From the human T2T-CHM13v2.0 reference genome, Homo sapiens: a stretch of 64,000 nucleotides of DNA. Below the pieces are notes generated by a model, which was given only the letters and a program-made list of their open reading frames with translations, was not told where the DNA came from and searched no databases. Shown here in pieces: positions 41,030 to 55,020 of this stretch. The DNA lies in assembly GCF_009914755.1 (NCBI RefSeq), contig NC_060934.1, one strand, 5' to 3'. Every line of letters starts with the position of its first letter. The stretch's first letter is position 1. The position numbers were made by a program, and so were the translations under genes.

Positions 41030-42200
41030 CTGATACTCAAGTGACAGTTTGGCTGGGAGTAAAAATCTGAATTGGAAATAATTTTCCTTTGCAATTATGA
41101 AGGCATAGTTCCACTGATTGTTGTTTATAGTACTTCTGTTAAGATGTCTGAAGCCATGCTGATTTATGTTTTATTCTTTTTGGGAGCTTTCAGAATATTC
41201 TCTTTGTCTGCTGTGTTCTGAAATTTTATTCCTTGGTGTTGGTCTAATTTCATTTATTTTCCTGGGCACTCAGCTCTTTCAGTCTGTCAACTTATTTTTA
41301 GAAATTTTCTCTAATTATTTCAATGACTTTTAATTTCTCTTTATTCTCGTATTCTCTATTTTTTCTTTCAGGAACTGTATAATTTTGGATATTGAACTGT
41401 TCTACTTTTTTTTTTAAATTTTTATTCCCCCTATCTTTGCCTTGTTCTTCTAAGTCTGAAAATTTTTTCTTTTTTTCTTTTCAATGTTGTTGTCTAGACT
41501 TCTATGTAGTTTTAAGACTGCTAATATGTATTTAATTTCCAGGTTTTTTTAGTTTTCTATTTCTTTTCACATAACGTTTCTTCTTGCTTCAGTCATATAA
41601 TATCCTGTGTTTCTGAATATTAATCTTCATTTGTTTTGAACATTTTTTTTTCTTAGCAGATGAAGAGGCTGATTGATTTGGAGTTTTCCTGGACAGTGAT
41701 ATACATGAGCTTTTTTTAAAAAAGAAACATGATGTTATTAGGTGTAGCTTTTTTCTTTTGAAGTAATAAAATACCTCAGAAATGTATCATCTAGTGTTCT
41801 TCTAGAAGGGTCTAGGACTGGCTGGCACAGCCATAGAAGTCAACTAGAGGAAGAAGGTTGAGAGTGTCTGCAATCAGCATTCAGTGTTCATAAGGTCATC
41901 TAAGCCCATTTCCAGGATCACATCCAAGCTCTGAACTGTGCATGCTGTCATGCATTCCAGAGACAGTCCTACCTGAGTGAAGAAGGAAAGGGTATGGAGT
42001 GGAGGTAAGGAATGCAGTAGGAGTGATGTTCTAGGAATCTGCCTCTTCACTTTCAAACAGTCATCATTTTAGTTCCTCTATTTCCAGAGGGCCCTGTGGT
42101 GAAAATTAGGTTGGTTCTCAGTTTACCCCCACTACTGGCGTAGGAATTACAATGTTTTCTTTAGTGTTATGCAAGTCAGTTGTAACTGTACCTACTTTAC
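41030..42200 (-). mobile_element. Ancient L1/HAL1 ORF1-5' region
   Basis: T-rich decayed antisense ORF1-like sequence (gacagtttggctgggagtaaaaatct; gtgttctgaaatttt). Confidence 0.55.
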
Positions 42201-42382
42201 AACTTCCAAAATTAACAAATTTATTTTTTTCTTAAAATCATATTTGAAAGTAGTTTTAAAGGGTTTACAAAAAGTAAAGGCAAATCAGATGGTTGTACCA
42301 TCTACAAAATTAATCTCTTTGAAACATTTAATAAAATAACATTTTTATTTTCATCTGGTGGACTTTTCTTGAATATAAATTA

Positions 42383-43275
42383 TAAGAAAACAAACAATCC
42401 AATTAAAAATAGGAGAAAGACTTGAATAAACATTTCTCCAAAGAAGACGTACAAATAACTAAGAACATGAAAAAATGCTCAACATCATTAGTTACTAGGA
42501 AAGTGCAAATTAAAACCACAAAGAGATCCACTTTACTCTCACTATTTTTATAATAGAATGGGTATCATTAAAAAAACAGAAAATAAGAAGTGTTGGTGAG
42601 GATGTGGAGAAATTGGAACTCTCATGTATTACCAAAGGGAATGTAAGATGGTTCAGCTGCTACAGAAAACAGTTTGGTAGTTTCTCAGAAAATCAAACAT
42701 AGAGTTATCTCAATACTCAAGAGAATTGAAAACAAATACTCAAACATGTATGTGCATACACATGTGCATAGCAGCACGGTTGACAATAACCAAGACATAG
42801 AAGTGACTAAATATCCATCAATGTATAAATGGGCAAAGATGTGATATGTATATGTGTATGTGTGTATGGAATATTGTTCAGTCATAAAAAGGAGTGAAGT
42901 ACTGATATTTACTACAATGTAGTGTTATGTTAACTGAGAGAAGACAGATCATCTTCTGTCGTATATTCTATAATATTCTAGAATTAGGATTCTAGAATAT
43001 ATGACAAAAGGTCATATATTCTAAAATTCCATTTATATGAAGCATCTAGAATAGATGACTCTATAGGGAAGGGACACAAATTAATGGTTTCCAGGGGCTG
43101 CAGGGCACAGAGATAAATTGCTCAATAGGTGAGACAATTTACTTTGGACTGATAGAAATGCTCTGGAACTCGAGGTAGTTGCACAACATTGTAAATGTAT
43201 AAAATGCCACTGAATTTTTTATTTAAGATGGTTAGTTTTGTGTTTTGTGAATTTGGCCTCAAGAAATTATTAAAA
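42383..43275 (+). mobile_element. L1MB-like 3' fragment
   Basis: ORF2 end (aacatttctccaaagaagac; gtgttggtgaggatgtggagaaattggaac) and L1MB 3' UTR (gttgcacaacattgtaaatgt...gccactgaat). Confidence 0.85.
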
Positions 43276-43981
43276 ATAATGCATTATATTTTTGATAGTT
43301 AGAGATGGGAACTACCCCCTGAACCTATTACTTTTCTGATTACAGTTCACAGATACTGTGCCCTTTCCTTGATATCCTTGCAGTCCGTGTAGTTCCTGAG
43401 ACAATTCTAATGGAAATAGATGGGCTTTCGACAACCTTGAGACTTAGATGATTTTTACAAAGAAATTGAATCCTATAGTTGAGTTTCGTGGATATTTAGG
43501 TTGAGTCCTTGGCAGAAAAGTGCTTCTAGGTTGAATATCTTTTATTCTGTTGGCTTGGTCCAGTTTTTGGAACACTGTCTTGGTTTTCTGCTTAGTACTT
43601 CAATTAGTACTGAAATCAGAGCCTGCATGATATGCAAATCAATTAAGTGGGAACTGAATACCCTTGCTAACTCTTTGGTGCCTAACTTATGTGATGATGG
43701 GGGAGCTTGATCTGTTGTCCATGTGCCCAGAACTGGTGTGGTGCAGCTGTGAAGGTACTGATGACCTGGACAGAGAATGCTGCTGCCAAATGAGGATATT
43801 GACTCTGGATAAGACATTGCTATACTTAGATTGTGCCCAATGCCTTTAGAACGTGCATTTTGACAGTTTTTCTCTCCAAGACATGCATGTGCTAGTCCAA
43901 GGGCCACCTTGGCTGAGCTTCCACCTTTTCCCCACCATACTATACTGCTGAGGTTTCAGTATGCCTCAAAGCTGTGCCTTC

Positions 43982-44247
43982 CTTTGGAAGGCTGAGGCAG
44001 GTGGATCATCTGAGGTCAGGAGTTCGAGACCAGCCTGGCTAACATGGTGAAACCCCGTTTCTACTAAAAATACAAAAAATTAGCCAGGCGTGGTAGTGGG
44101 TGCCTGTAGTCTCAGCTACTCGGGAGGCTGAGGCAGGTGAATCGCTTGAACCCAGGAGGTGGAGATTTCAGTGAGCAAAGATTGCGTCATTGCACTCCAG
44201 CTTGGGCAACAAGAATGAAATTCCATAAAACAAAACAAAACAAAACA
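43982..44247 (+). mobile_element. AluS, 5'-truncated by ~35 nt
   Basis: Begins at ctttggaaggctgagg; (CAAAA)n tail; TSD aaa(g/c)ctgtgccttc at 43968 and 44248. Confidence 0.93.
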
Positions 44248-44589
44248 AAACCTGTGCCTTCTGGAATTATGCACTTGAGTAAAACTGAACAAGAGAATGA
44301 AAATGCCAATAGTATTGGTGATGGTTTTAGTAACTATACAAGTAAATTTTTTTCTTATTTTTGTTTACACTTTTTATTCACAAATATTTACCTTCTTCTT
44401 GACATATAATTATTTTATGACAAGTAAATGTCCAGAAAATAACATTGTAATGATGTAAACTCTGAACATAAATATTTAAATAACTATTTTTTATAATTTT
44501 ATTTATTCATGCACTTATTCATTCTGCCTTATCTTTAAAATGATTTGCAATTGTGAACCAAAGTGTTACAATAAGTATGACCTTTAGAG

Positions 44590-45200
44590 GTTTAATTTGC
44601 AATGTATAGCACTGCAGAATTAGAAAGCAGCTTCAATTCTACCTACTTCATCCACCACCTACGTTGAGGATTCTGTTTAGAAGAGCCCAGCAATTCTGAT
44701 GTTCAAGTGCTTCTAGTAACGAATAAACTAACTTCTGCAGATGACAGCCCACTAATTTTTCAAACAGTACTACTTGCTGGGAAGTTCTACCTATTAATAA
44801 ACTAGTGTTGACTATATTTTGCTCTAGTATTATTTTCTGGAACCACTCTGATTAATTCATTATAAACATGACAACTGTTCAGATTTTGGAAACATCTATC
44901 ACATATTTTCCAAATTTTCTTTCATTCAGGTTGAACCTATCCTCTTAGTAATTCTATAATAAAATTTCCTAAAATACTAAATATTTGTGAAAATTGCTGT
45001 TGAAGACGCTTTCTATTCAGTTTCCACTCAGCATTTTTTCTAGCCCTATCAAGTTTGCAGCAAACAGAATGATAAGAGCACATTTCATATATTCCATTGA
45101 GAAAAATAACCAAAAAGATGGAGAGTCAGGGGCACATGCAAAGCTCTGAGATCTTACTGTTTGCCACTGATTTTTGACTTACCATGTTGGGTACAGTTAG
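44590..45200. mobile_element. Possible L3/CR1 relic
   Basis: Weak similarity to recalled CR1 motifs (gggaagttctacc; ttcattcaggttgaac). Confidence 0.3.
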
Positions 45201-45619
45201 TCAATAATCAGCGAACTATCTTAATTTTATTTTCATCTTTGTAATAGATTTAAAACCTTATTCTGCTGCTTTTTTTAAAAAAATTTTTTAAGAACCTCTC
45301 CTTGAGTAAAATCTAACACAGAACTCTACCAAAAAGACTAAGCATAGAATTGCTCTTGGAGAAGCAGAGGCAGGACCATGGTTCTTTTCTCTGGAATTGT
45401 TCTCTATCTACCTCCCGAAATGGTAAAGGAAATCACAAACCTTTAAAACTCCAAATAAGGCTGCTTCAAGAAGATATAGCCTATTTTCTCCCTCTAATAA
45501 AAAATGAGAGGGTATATAAATGCATAGGACTTTAGAACAACCTCCTAATTTTACATATGAAAAAGCTGACATGTGGATAGGCAAATTATTTCTCTGAGAT
45601 ATTATGTTTTCATAATAAA

Positions 45620-47515
45620 TTACAAAGAGTAACCATCAATAAGAAACCCACAAGCAAACAAAATGACGGAGCTGGCACGATTTCCAAAAGCATAGAAGAA
45701 AAATAAAATGAAAAAATTTGAAGACAAAAGGAAAATAATCACACTTATAGAAACAACAAATTATGGTAGAATTAATAAAATATATTAATAATATACATTT
45801 GATGGTAAATCAACTAAACTCTCCAGTGGAGAGACAAAGATTAAAAGCATATAGGAACATGGAACAAATACAAGTAAATAATTCATAAGATACAACTAAA
45901 AGAAAAATGAGGCACTTGGAACAATAATAGTTTTTTCATGAAAAGCATATCTTGGGTAAAATGAAGTAATTATTAAATCAAAAAAAGAATACCTTTCCAG
46001 TAACAAAATAATTGAGAATTTGTATGGTTCTAACAAATGTCTAACAACATAGTATTGATGTACATGAAATGAAAATGGAGAGAATTAAAAGGATAATCTG
46101 AAAACCAGAGTCACAGTAAAATATTCTCATAGATCTTTCTCATAAACTGATAGATCAAGCAGAGCAAAAATAAGCTACGAATTTATAGAAAAAGGCAAAC
46201 AAATGTATCATCTAACACATATGTAGACAATATTTTTTTTTTCAGGAAAATAAAAACCATTTCAAAAGCCGAAGCATTTGCTACAACACAAAGAAAGGAA
46301 TTTTTTTATATTACCAATAATTTATCATATTATACTGTCTCTACCAGTAGAACTGTGCAACTAGGAATCAATAACAAGAGTATGGCATATTTTCCTAAAA
46401 AACAACAAACGTTTTTGTAAACAAAGTCCAATATACTTATAAATTATTTATGTCATTAGAGAAATCCTAACATTTACAAAATGTTGAAATGGAATGACAA
46501 TAAAAACACTACAGGCCAAAGCTTGTAAGATGAAACTATATTATTCTTAGAGTGTGATGTGTAACTTTAATTGCACTTAATAGGAAACAGTAAGAAAAAA
46601 AAATCAATGAGCTAAGTATTCAACTCTGAAAGATTTGAAAAAAATCCCCAGTGACCCAAATTGAGTAGAAATAAAGAGTAGAAATAAATTAAATAAAACA
46701 CAATGAAAAAAATCATAAAAATAAAAATAAAGCAGTGCCTTTAAAAATATTAATAAATATAAAAGAAAGCACTTCCTTAAGCATAAAGAGAATAACCATA
46801 AATAAAGTTTGAATACTGAAAAAAGAAGACGTAATCACAGATACAACAAACACTGGAACAAGGAGAATGTTAGAAAAAAATTATGTTATATTTAAAGCTA
46901 GTTTCTTGAAAAGTAAGAATTTATCAGGAAGAAAGATAAAGGTCTGAATAGCTGCTAAAGAATTTGAATCACTGGTCAAAAATCTATCTACATCCAAGCA
47001 CTAATTTCAAAGTTGCTCCAAGCTAGTTCTAGCAATCTTCAATATGTATTTAACTCTTATGTTATAGAACTTCTTTCACATATGTATAAGGGAGGAAATA
47101 TTACTCGAAGGGAAATACGATAGAACAAAACTATTACACATTAAATGTGGATATACATTACAAACAAAAGTTAGAAAACAGAATCTAACAATTTATGAAA
47201 AAAAATGCACTACAACCAAAAAGGATTTAACCCAGGAATGGAAGTAATCTCCAATATTGGAAAGCTTACAGGAACTTAATATTAACAGATGACAGTAGAA
47301 ACACAATATGATATTATCCATATTGTAGAAAAGCATTACACTTCAATGTACCTTCTTGATTTGAAAGGAAAAAAGCAAAGCAACCTAGAAATAAATGAGA
47401 ATATCTTTAACCTAATAAAGCACACATTCTGGAAACCTATAACAAACTACTGACTAGTGAAATATTTGAAATATTTCCTTTAAATTTGGGGATCAAACTA
47501 AGAAGCCCATTCTCA
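45620..47515 (+). mobile_element. Ancient L1 ORF2 remnant (EN to RT region)
   Basis: Very A-rich decayed ORF2 motifs (aactgatagatcaagcagagcaaaaa; aatcaatgagctaag; ccaggaatggaag). Confidence 0.7.
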
Positions 47516-48660
47516 CCATTTTCTCCTTTTATTCTTAAGACTTTGCATGTTTCTTTTTTTTATCAGTTTGAGCTTGCTTGATGGATGTTATCCCTTCCTC
47601 TGTATCTCTGAAGATTAAAAAAAAACACTTATTTTAAAGCTCTTTTAAGATGTGGATATTATCTCTAGTTCCTTACATTTGAGTTCCTTTTTTCCTTGGA
47701 TCTGCCCACTTATATTCTTGATGCTAGAATTTGCCATGTGTTTACTAATGATTCTTTGTGAGCTCACTTTCCATGGGAATTACTTACCATTGGACACAGT
47801 TTGTATAACCTTGCTTTGGGATTAGTTTCATGGCTGTCTCTGTCTAGTCCATGCAAAATTCACGGGTCTCAAATTAGATTTTAATGTTGCTTTAACAAGT
47901 CATTATATTACAACAAAATGAATCTGATAGATTGAATAAAATGAATCTGAGCCCTATTTACTGTAAAGATGCAGATTTCTGGTTTTGAAGTGGTTATGGG
48001 CACCATTCTATTCATGGCCAGTGGCAAGACCTTTGATCTAGGAAGCTCAATTGGAAATATTCTGGAATTTCTGTTTGTAAAAAACAAACAAGCAAAAAAC
48101 AACAGCAAAAAAAAATACCCAAAACAGAAAACAAAAAACAGTGGGTTGCTAGATTCGGGACTTACAGAGTTTAATTCCTGTTCTTTCTCCCACGTTGAAC
48201 CTATGGCTTTTGTTCAAAAACCTTCAGCCCTAGGGTCTTAGCCCCACTGTGGGTCACAAAAGTTGAGCTGTTCCTATTTATGGACTTGACTTTTTTTTTT
48301 TCTAAATTTCTGACTTCTGGAAATTTCTTTTCTTGCTTTCAAATGAAACTGTTTGTTTTAAAGATGTATGTATCCATATATTGATTTGTTCATATTAATA
48401 TAAATTTATAAATCTTTATTGTATATTTCCAAGTGTTTGGAATGGGGGAAGGGTTTCCATAGGTGCTTGGCTTTCCACTTTGTCTAGGAACTGATGACAT
48501 GACTTTTTCATGTTACACATCTTGTTTGAGGAAGAACTCAAATTAGAATCCTGTTCCCTTAACTCAAATTTTATTATAATCAGTTGCCTTGTGGCTTGGA
48601 AAGACATTGACTACAATTTTGCAAAACTGTTCAAGAAGGTTATGGCTGTCCTATGTGACT

Positions 48661-49113
48661 ACATGGATGAACTTGAAGGACATTATGTTCCATAAAATCA
48701 GCCAGGCATAGAAAGACAAATACTGTGGCATCTCACTTATATGTGAAGTCTAAAAAAGTTGAACTCATAAAAGCAGAAAGTAGAATGGTAGTTACTAGGG
48801 GCTGGGGGAGGGGAGATGGGGAAATAGTGGTCAAAGTGTATAAAGTTTCAGTTAGAGAGGAAAAATAAGTTCTAGAGATCTATTGTAGAGAATGGTGACT
48901 ACAGGTAATAATCATATACTATAGTCTTGAAATTTGTTAAGAGATTAGATTTTAAATGTTCTCAGCATAAAAAATGATATGTATGTGAGGTGATAGATGT
49001 GTTAATTAGCTTCAGTTAATTTCACAATGTATACATATATCAAAACATTACATTGTGCATCATAACAGTATATAATTTTATGACAGCCATGCCTTAATAA
49101 AGCTGGGGAAAAT
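48661..49113 (+). mobile_element. L1MA (L1MA9-like) 3' fragment
   Basis: acatggatgaacttgaaggacattatg...aataagttctagagatcta...ccttaataaagctgggg. Confidence 0.85.
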
Positions 49114-50240
49114 GTATATGCCGTTTTTTTTTCAATTTTAAACCACAAAATATGTTGGAATTTTTTTTTTGATAAACCATGCTAGTAATGTCATCTAAGA
49201 ATGAGATTTGTGTAATTCGCTAGTGAATTTATACATGTTCTTAATGGTCGCAGTTTGGGACTGAGCTGTAGGTTTTTAGTTATCCCTTGAGAACTTTTAG
49301 ATGAGTTGGATTATGTCTACATCAGCAAGGCAGAGTTATCTAATAAATTTAGTACAAATTGTGGTTCTTGAATTGTCTAAATTGACTTTCTAGACTGTCC
49401 AGATGATCGCTCAAGCCTCTGAATTATTGACAGTTTAGATGTGAGTTTATGATAATAGCATATTTTATTGCCTATTTCTGAAAGATTAAAGTTCTGACTT
49501 TACTACATAGATATGTATCAGAAAATATCTTACTCAATGACCTTAGAGGCTAGTTTTGACCAACCTGAATTGATCACAAGTTTCAAGGAATAAAGAAATT
49601 GTTAGGAAAAGGGAATATATTTTATTGTCTCCTGAAATAGTGCAGAAATATTTATGAACACAGTTTGCTCATGGATGATTTCCAAAACATCCATAAATTG
49701 CAAATCAACCTGTTTTGTGCCATGAACTATTGAGAAACTTCTAATAAGTGCACTACATTGTCAACTAAAAATATACTTTCTTACGTAGAGTGTGTTGTCC
49801 TCAGCCAATAGTCATTGTTTCTAGGTCCAATAATGCTTTCTTCACACCAGATTTCAAAAATCTGGGAGAAACAGGGTACTCAAAACAGTGGAAATGATAT
49901 GTGTTTTATTCATATTTCTAATATTTTGATATACATAACAGCCTTTGGACTTGTGTAGATATGGCCAATGTAATTTTAACAAGGGCAGAAATACACAAGC
50001 CCTTTCCTTCTCTTCCATCGTTATATAAAATAAACCCATCCTTGTGCTTTAGGCTTCGGGATAACCAATTAGCATTATTAACCATGTCAGTCATTTTCTG
50101 CCAAAATTTAATACTAAAAGCTGCTGCAAAAGTACTCCTAAGCCATCTTCCTTAACATACTGCTAAAGGATAACTCTTAAATGCTCTGAGGTTTTGATTT
50201 CAAAACGAAATTCCAAAACAAAATCTGTTTTGATCTGCAG

Positions 50241-50353
50241 TTAAGCAATGGATGAGCCAGCCCCCACCTACAGTTCATCACCTGCAGTTGAAAGCCAGCC
50301 CTCCAGAGTACTTTACACAGAGGCTCCAGGAGAAAACCTGCCTCTTCCTGCAG
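50241..50353 (+). other. Candidate exon A (unannotated, speculative)
   Basis: ttttgatctgcag acceptor, CAG|GTAGAC donor, locally GC-rich non-repeat sequence, ATG in gcaATGg context. Confidence 0.25.
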
Positions 50354-50565
50354 GTAGACCAGCCTGCAGAATGTCGGGAGAGAGGAGAAGGCAATCGCCC
50401 TCCCAGCCCTCCTCCAGAAGCCAGAACCACCCAGAGAGTGGCAATACACCTCTGACTAGGAGCTTTATTTTCAATCCTAAGATTTCCAAAAGATGTTTCA
50501 CTGAAAATATTTCATAGCATGTAGTTGAATGTAAGAATTATTAAGACAGTTTCTTCTTAGACCGA

Positions 50566-50883
50566 TTATTATTTTTTTTTTTTGAGAAGGAATCTCTCTA
50601 TTGCCCAGGGTGGAGTACGCTGGCTTGATCTCAGCTCACTGCAACCTCCTGCAACCTCCGCCTCCTGGGTTCAAGCGATTCTCTTGCCTCAGCTTCCTGA
50701 ATAGCTAGGATTACAGGCGCACACCACCACACCCAGCTAATTTGTGTATTTTTAACTTGTGTATTTTTTTTTTTTTTTTTTTTTTAGTAGAGATGGGGTT
50801 TCATCATGTTGGCCAGGCTGGTCTCAAACTGCTGAGCTCAGCATCCCAAAGTGCTCGGATTATAGGTGTGAGCCACCCAGGCC
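50566..50883 (-). mobile_element. AluS with internal micro-duplications and a deletion
   Basis: TSD ttagaccga at 50557 and 50884. Confidence 0.92.
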
Positions 50884-51935
50884 TTAGACCGACTTTTAAT
50901 ATTCAGGATTGGTTGAACGCAGGGTGAAGGAAAGGATATAAATTAACATGCATTTCTTTTATTCCCAAGCACCATAAGAAATTGATTTTGCTAATTTCAA
51001 CTATGATTGAATAATGATTCAACTCGTTTTCTAAGAAGCTAAAATAGGTAGTCTTCCCAGAAGATTTTTCTGTATTCATTTTATTTTGAGAAGTTCATAT
51101 TTCTATTTTGGTTAATTTCTTATGGAATATCCAAAAATTATACATTAGAATTTCTTGCACAATTCAAAAGGATTTCTGTCTATTTACCACACAGCTCCAC
51201 CAGAGGCTAATTTGTTTCCCTTAAGTCTTATGGTTTTCAGTAGAATCAGGGCACTTCGTATTATTTCCTACTTTGAACTTGTTAGCCATTTCATTGGCTT
51301 GCTTGCTATCCACTCTATTCTCTTATTTGGAGAGACCAGCACCAAACTGGTTTGGTTTGGGAATATTATCATTTGTTAATAATGTGCTTAAGATTTTCTC
51401 ACATGATTTAAGAAGGTAATTATATCATCTTAGGGTAATAAAGATGTACAATACACATTAAGTCAAGTTTTATTCAAGCCTTTAGCAGCCTTGAATTCCT
51501 TCCAGGTCTTTTTAGGGGAAATTTTCACCCGCAGGGGCTTGGGAATTTGGCATGGAACACCCATTAAGTGTGAGAAGGGCTTGACTGCCAGTACACAGCA
51601 ATGAGATCTTGCCCTTCAAAAATTCTCTTTGATTTTACTTCAATAGACCGAAAAAGAAAATTTGTGCTTTGTGTTTTTGTCTTTAAATTATGATAGGACA
51701 AGACATAGACCATCCATGTCCCATAAATACTTGATAATATTTTGTCTGTATACCACAATGCTGGGATCATTTACAACTTGTGTTGCAATATAGCAAAACC
51801 CATTGGTGTGTAAAGACATATTACTAATTAAACACAAATGTAACAGATGTTTCATTTTAGCAACTTATTGTGGGTCCTCCTGGGTCCTCAGTGCCTCTTG
51901 TCTCCTCTGCAGGTAGTGTTAATTTCCCTTCTCAG

Positions 51936-52018
51936 GGGCTCATGGAGATGCAGCCAATAGGGTGAAGGAGCACATTGAGGACGCTCCTGGTTTTCTACTA
52001 TACGTGCAAAAGTTCATT
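51936..52018 (+). other. Candidate exon B (unannotated, speculative)
   Basis: ttaatttcccttctcag acceptor (alternative at 51912), ATT|GTAAGC donor, 83 nt. Confidence 0.25.
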
Positions 52019-52289
52019 GTAAGCAGGAATGTTATTCTGTCAGCTTCAGTCTTAGCATTTTCACAACAAATTCTTGTCTTCTGAAATCATATTTCTAATA
52101 TGGAATATTCACATCAAATTTGTAAAAATAATGTTAAAATGGCTGTTGGAAATGTTAACAATAGTAATAAAATCTGGAAGGCACTTTAGCCAAAGGAGGT
52201 CAGGGGAGAGGTACTCTTCTGCTGAGTCCAGAAACACCCTACATCCCTACCTAAGAATTTGTTCCTAGTGTTTTAATTTATCTGCTTGA

Positions 52290-52596
<307 letters not shown>

Positions 52597-52865
52597 TAAT
52601 TTATCTGCTTGAAATATTAAATAAAGCTAAATAATTCCAGGGTTGGAGAATGATATTACATACAACTGAAGCAGTGGGACTTGGAGTATGAACAATATAT
52701 TTTTAAAAAATTACAAAGCATAATAGTCATGATTCAAGAGTTTGCCAAAATTTGTACATATATCTGGAAATATAAGGACTAGAAGGTAAAAGCCTCAAAA
52801 AGAAAAAAAGTAGATGAGCTAGTCAAACAGAGTCTTCTCCCTTCCCTCCCTTGATAGCCTTTTCT

Positions 52866-53116
52866 TTCTTTCCCTTTTTTTTTTTTTTTTTTTCTTAGAG
52901 GGAGTCTTACTCTGTCACCCAGACTAGAGTACAGAGGCGCTGTCTTGGCTCACTGCAACCTCTCCCTACCAGCTTCAAGTGGCCCTCTCATCTCAGCCTC
53001 CCAAGTAGCTGGGATTACAGACATGTGCCATTATGACCGGCTAATTTTTGTATTTTTTGTAGAGATGGGGTTTCATCATGTTGACCAGGCTGGTCTGAGC
53101 CACACTATGCCCGGCC
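52866..53116 (-). mobile_element. Old Alu (J-like) with left-arm internal deletion
   Basis: Perfect 15-bp TSD ttgatagccttttct at 52851 and 53117; jumps ggctggtctg>agccac. Confidence 0.9.
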
Positions 53117-53462
53117 TTGATAGCCTTTTCTATCAAGCTTCTGGGGTTTGCCTTTTTTCTTATAAAAAAAAAAAACTTCCAGTTGAGGGCTCCAAAAAGT
53201 GAATTCGAATAGTAATATTTAAAATTTATATCTATATGAGGAAATATAAAGGCTGTTGAAAGATTCTGTATTGCAAATATTTCTGCTATATTGTTGGTGC
53301 TTGAAATTATACCATAAAATATACCTCTTTTGACTAAAAGGACTTGTTTTAAGACCAAATGTAAATATGCCTGCTATAGAAAAAATATCTTCTATGCAAT
53401 GGCAATTTTTACTGTAAAGAAATGTATCCATCCCTCCTTCTGTATCTTGACAATGTGATAAA

Positions 53463-53692
53463 TATATACATATGCTTTTAAAGTAACTGTGTATGTGTTT
53501 ATGTATATATGTGTCTATACGGGTATATACATCTAATGTGTACATATGTGTATATACATCTAGTATGTATACATATATACACAATATACACATGAATACA
53601 TATATACACGTATATACACATACATATATACACGTATATACACATACATATATACACGTATATACAGATATGTATATACGTGTATATGTGTG
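53463..53692. repeat. TA/CA-rich low-complexity tract with three 24-bp units
   Basis: tacatatatacacgtatatacaca at 53597, 53621 and 53645. Confidence 0.9.
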
Positions 53693-53721
53693 TTAATTTG
53701 TTCTGTTTTGTTTTCTTCCAG

Positions 53722-54107
53722 CTTTGGAGAATGAAGTTCAATATATGAATTATCCATAGAGACCAGTAGGCCTATTGCAAATCCCTGCGGTGGAGTGCTA
53801 GGAGCCAGAGGTGCTGAATTCTCCTGCAGTTCTATAAATGAACTAAGCCACACTTACTGACTCTGTTACTGAAAACCAGTTGCCTAAACATTTTGTGTCT
53901 GTTTCATTATTTGTAAAGTGAGAAATGTACTTACTGAACAGGGTCATCACAGGAGACAAAGATGATTGTGAAAGAGCCTTGTAAAGGGTACATCTGAACC
54001 CCAAATTATCAATAAGTGCTCATTGGCTGTGCCTCACAAGAGCTCAGAGATCACTGAGTCTAGTTCAATGCACTTAAATTACGACATGGAAATGGAGGCA
54101 CCAAGAG
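53722..54107 (+). other. Candidate exon C (unannotated, speculative; 3' end uncertain)
   Basis: Strong acceptor ttctgttttgttttcttccag; downstream GAG|GTGAGT donor at 54108. Confidence 0.2.
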
Positions 54108-54339
54108 GTGAGTATCCTATCCAGAGTCACACAGCTCTACAGAGATATGGAAGCAATATCATAAAATTCAATCATGTCATATTTCATTTCCATGAAAATA
54201 AACTAAAAAAAAACTTGGAAGATGAGAACTTTGGATAATTTGAGTCTGAAGTACTTCATACTACTTTAAGTTACCTCCTATTGGGGGTATTATAAATGGG
54301 TAAGCAGAGAACATCATGGAAAGACATGGAGCTTAGTAT

Positions 54340-55020
54340 ATGCAAATGTTGAGTTACTCAGTGTAATGTGTGAAAAAGGAGTTTCATAAGTTTCGGTCAG
54401 GGAAGAAGGCAGGGTCAAAATTTCTGCTTGAGAGTTTGGGAGCTTGGGGAGACTTTAAACAGGGAGCAACACAGCACATTAGATTCCTTTGGTTACACTA
54501 AGGACAATGGTTTTGAAGGGGACCAGGATGAAGAAAAGGAAGGTAGAAGGATTCCTCAATGATGAGGAATCCATTGCTGTAATCTATGCGAGAGGTTATA
54601 CAGACCTGCGTGGCATCATTCATTGTCTGAATGGAGAAGATGAGATGAACTATTTAGAAAGTAAACATTTAGAAAGTAAACATTAGCATTTATGGGACTA
54701 ATTTGATGTAGGTGATAAGGGTATAGGACACCAGGAAGATTTTCAGATTTCTAGATGGGAGGGGGATTCATAGAAGTGCGTTAAAGTGGAATATGGGAGG
54801 AAAAAGAGACTTAGAAAAACAGGTGTGAAGTTTTGAAATGAAGTTTGTGATATTCTAGTACAATACCCAAGTGAAGCTGCTTGCCACTTGGAAGTTGCAT
54901 ATGAGTCTGGAACAGGGCAAGAAGTCTCAAATGGAAAGAAAAATCTGGAAATCACTAATATATCCATGGGTTGTTGAAACCAGGAGAGAGGGTGGGAATG
55001 CCCTTTGAGAATACAGGATG
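54340..55020 (-). mobile_element. L2 fragment
   Basis: Antisense L2 motifs (gactttaaacagggag; aatttgatgtaggtg; ggaagattttcagatttctag). Confidence 0.55.

Noticed and set aside
43632-43639. Isolated octamer ATGCAAAT (others at ~5028, ~7286)
   Set aside because: Several expected by chance in 64 kb; no partner motif
53219-53853. Y/I/H/V/C-rich ORFs
   Set aside because: Translation of the TA/CA low-complexity tract
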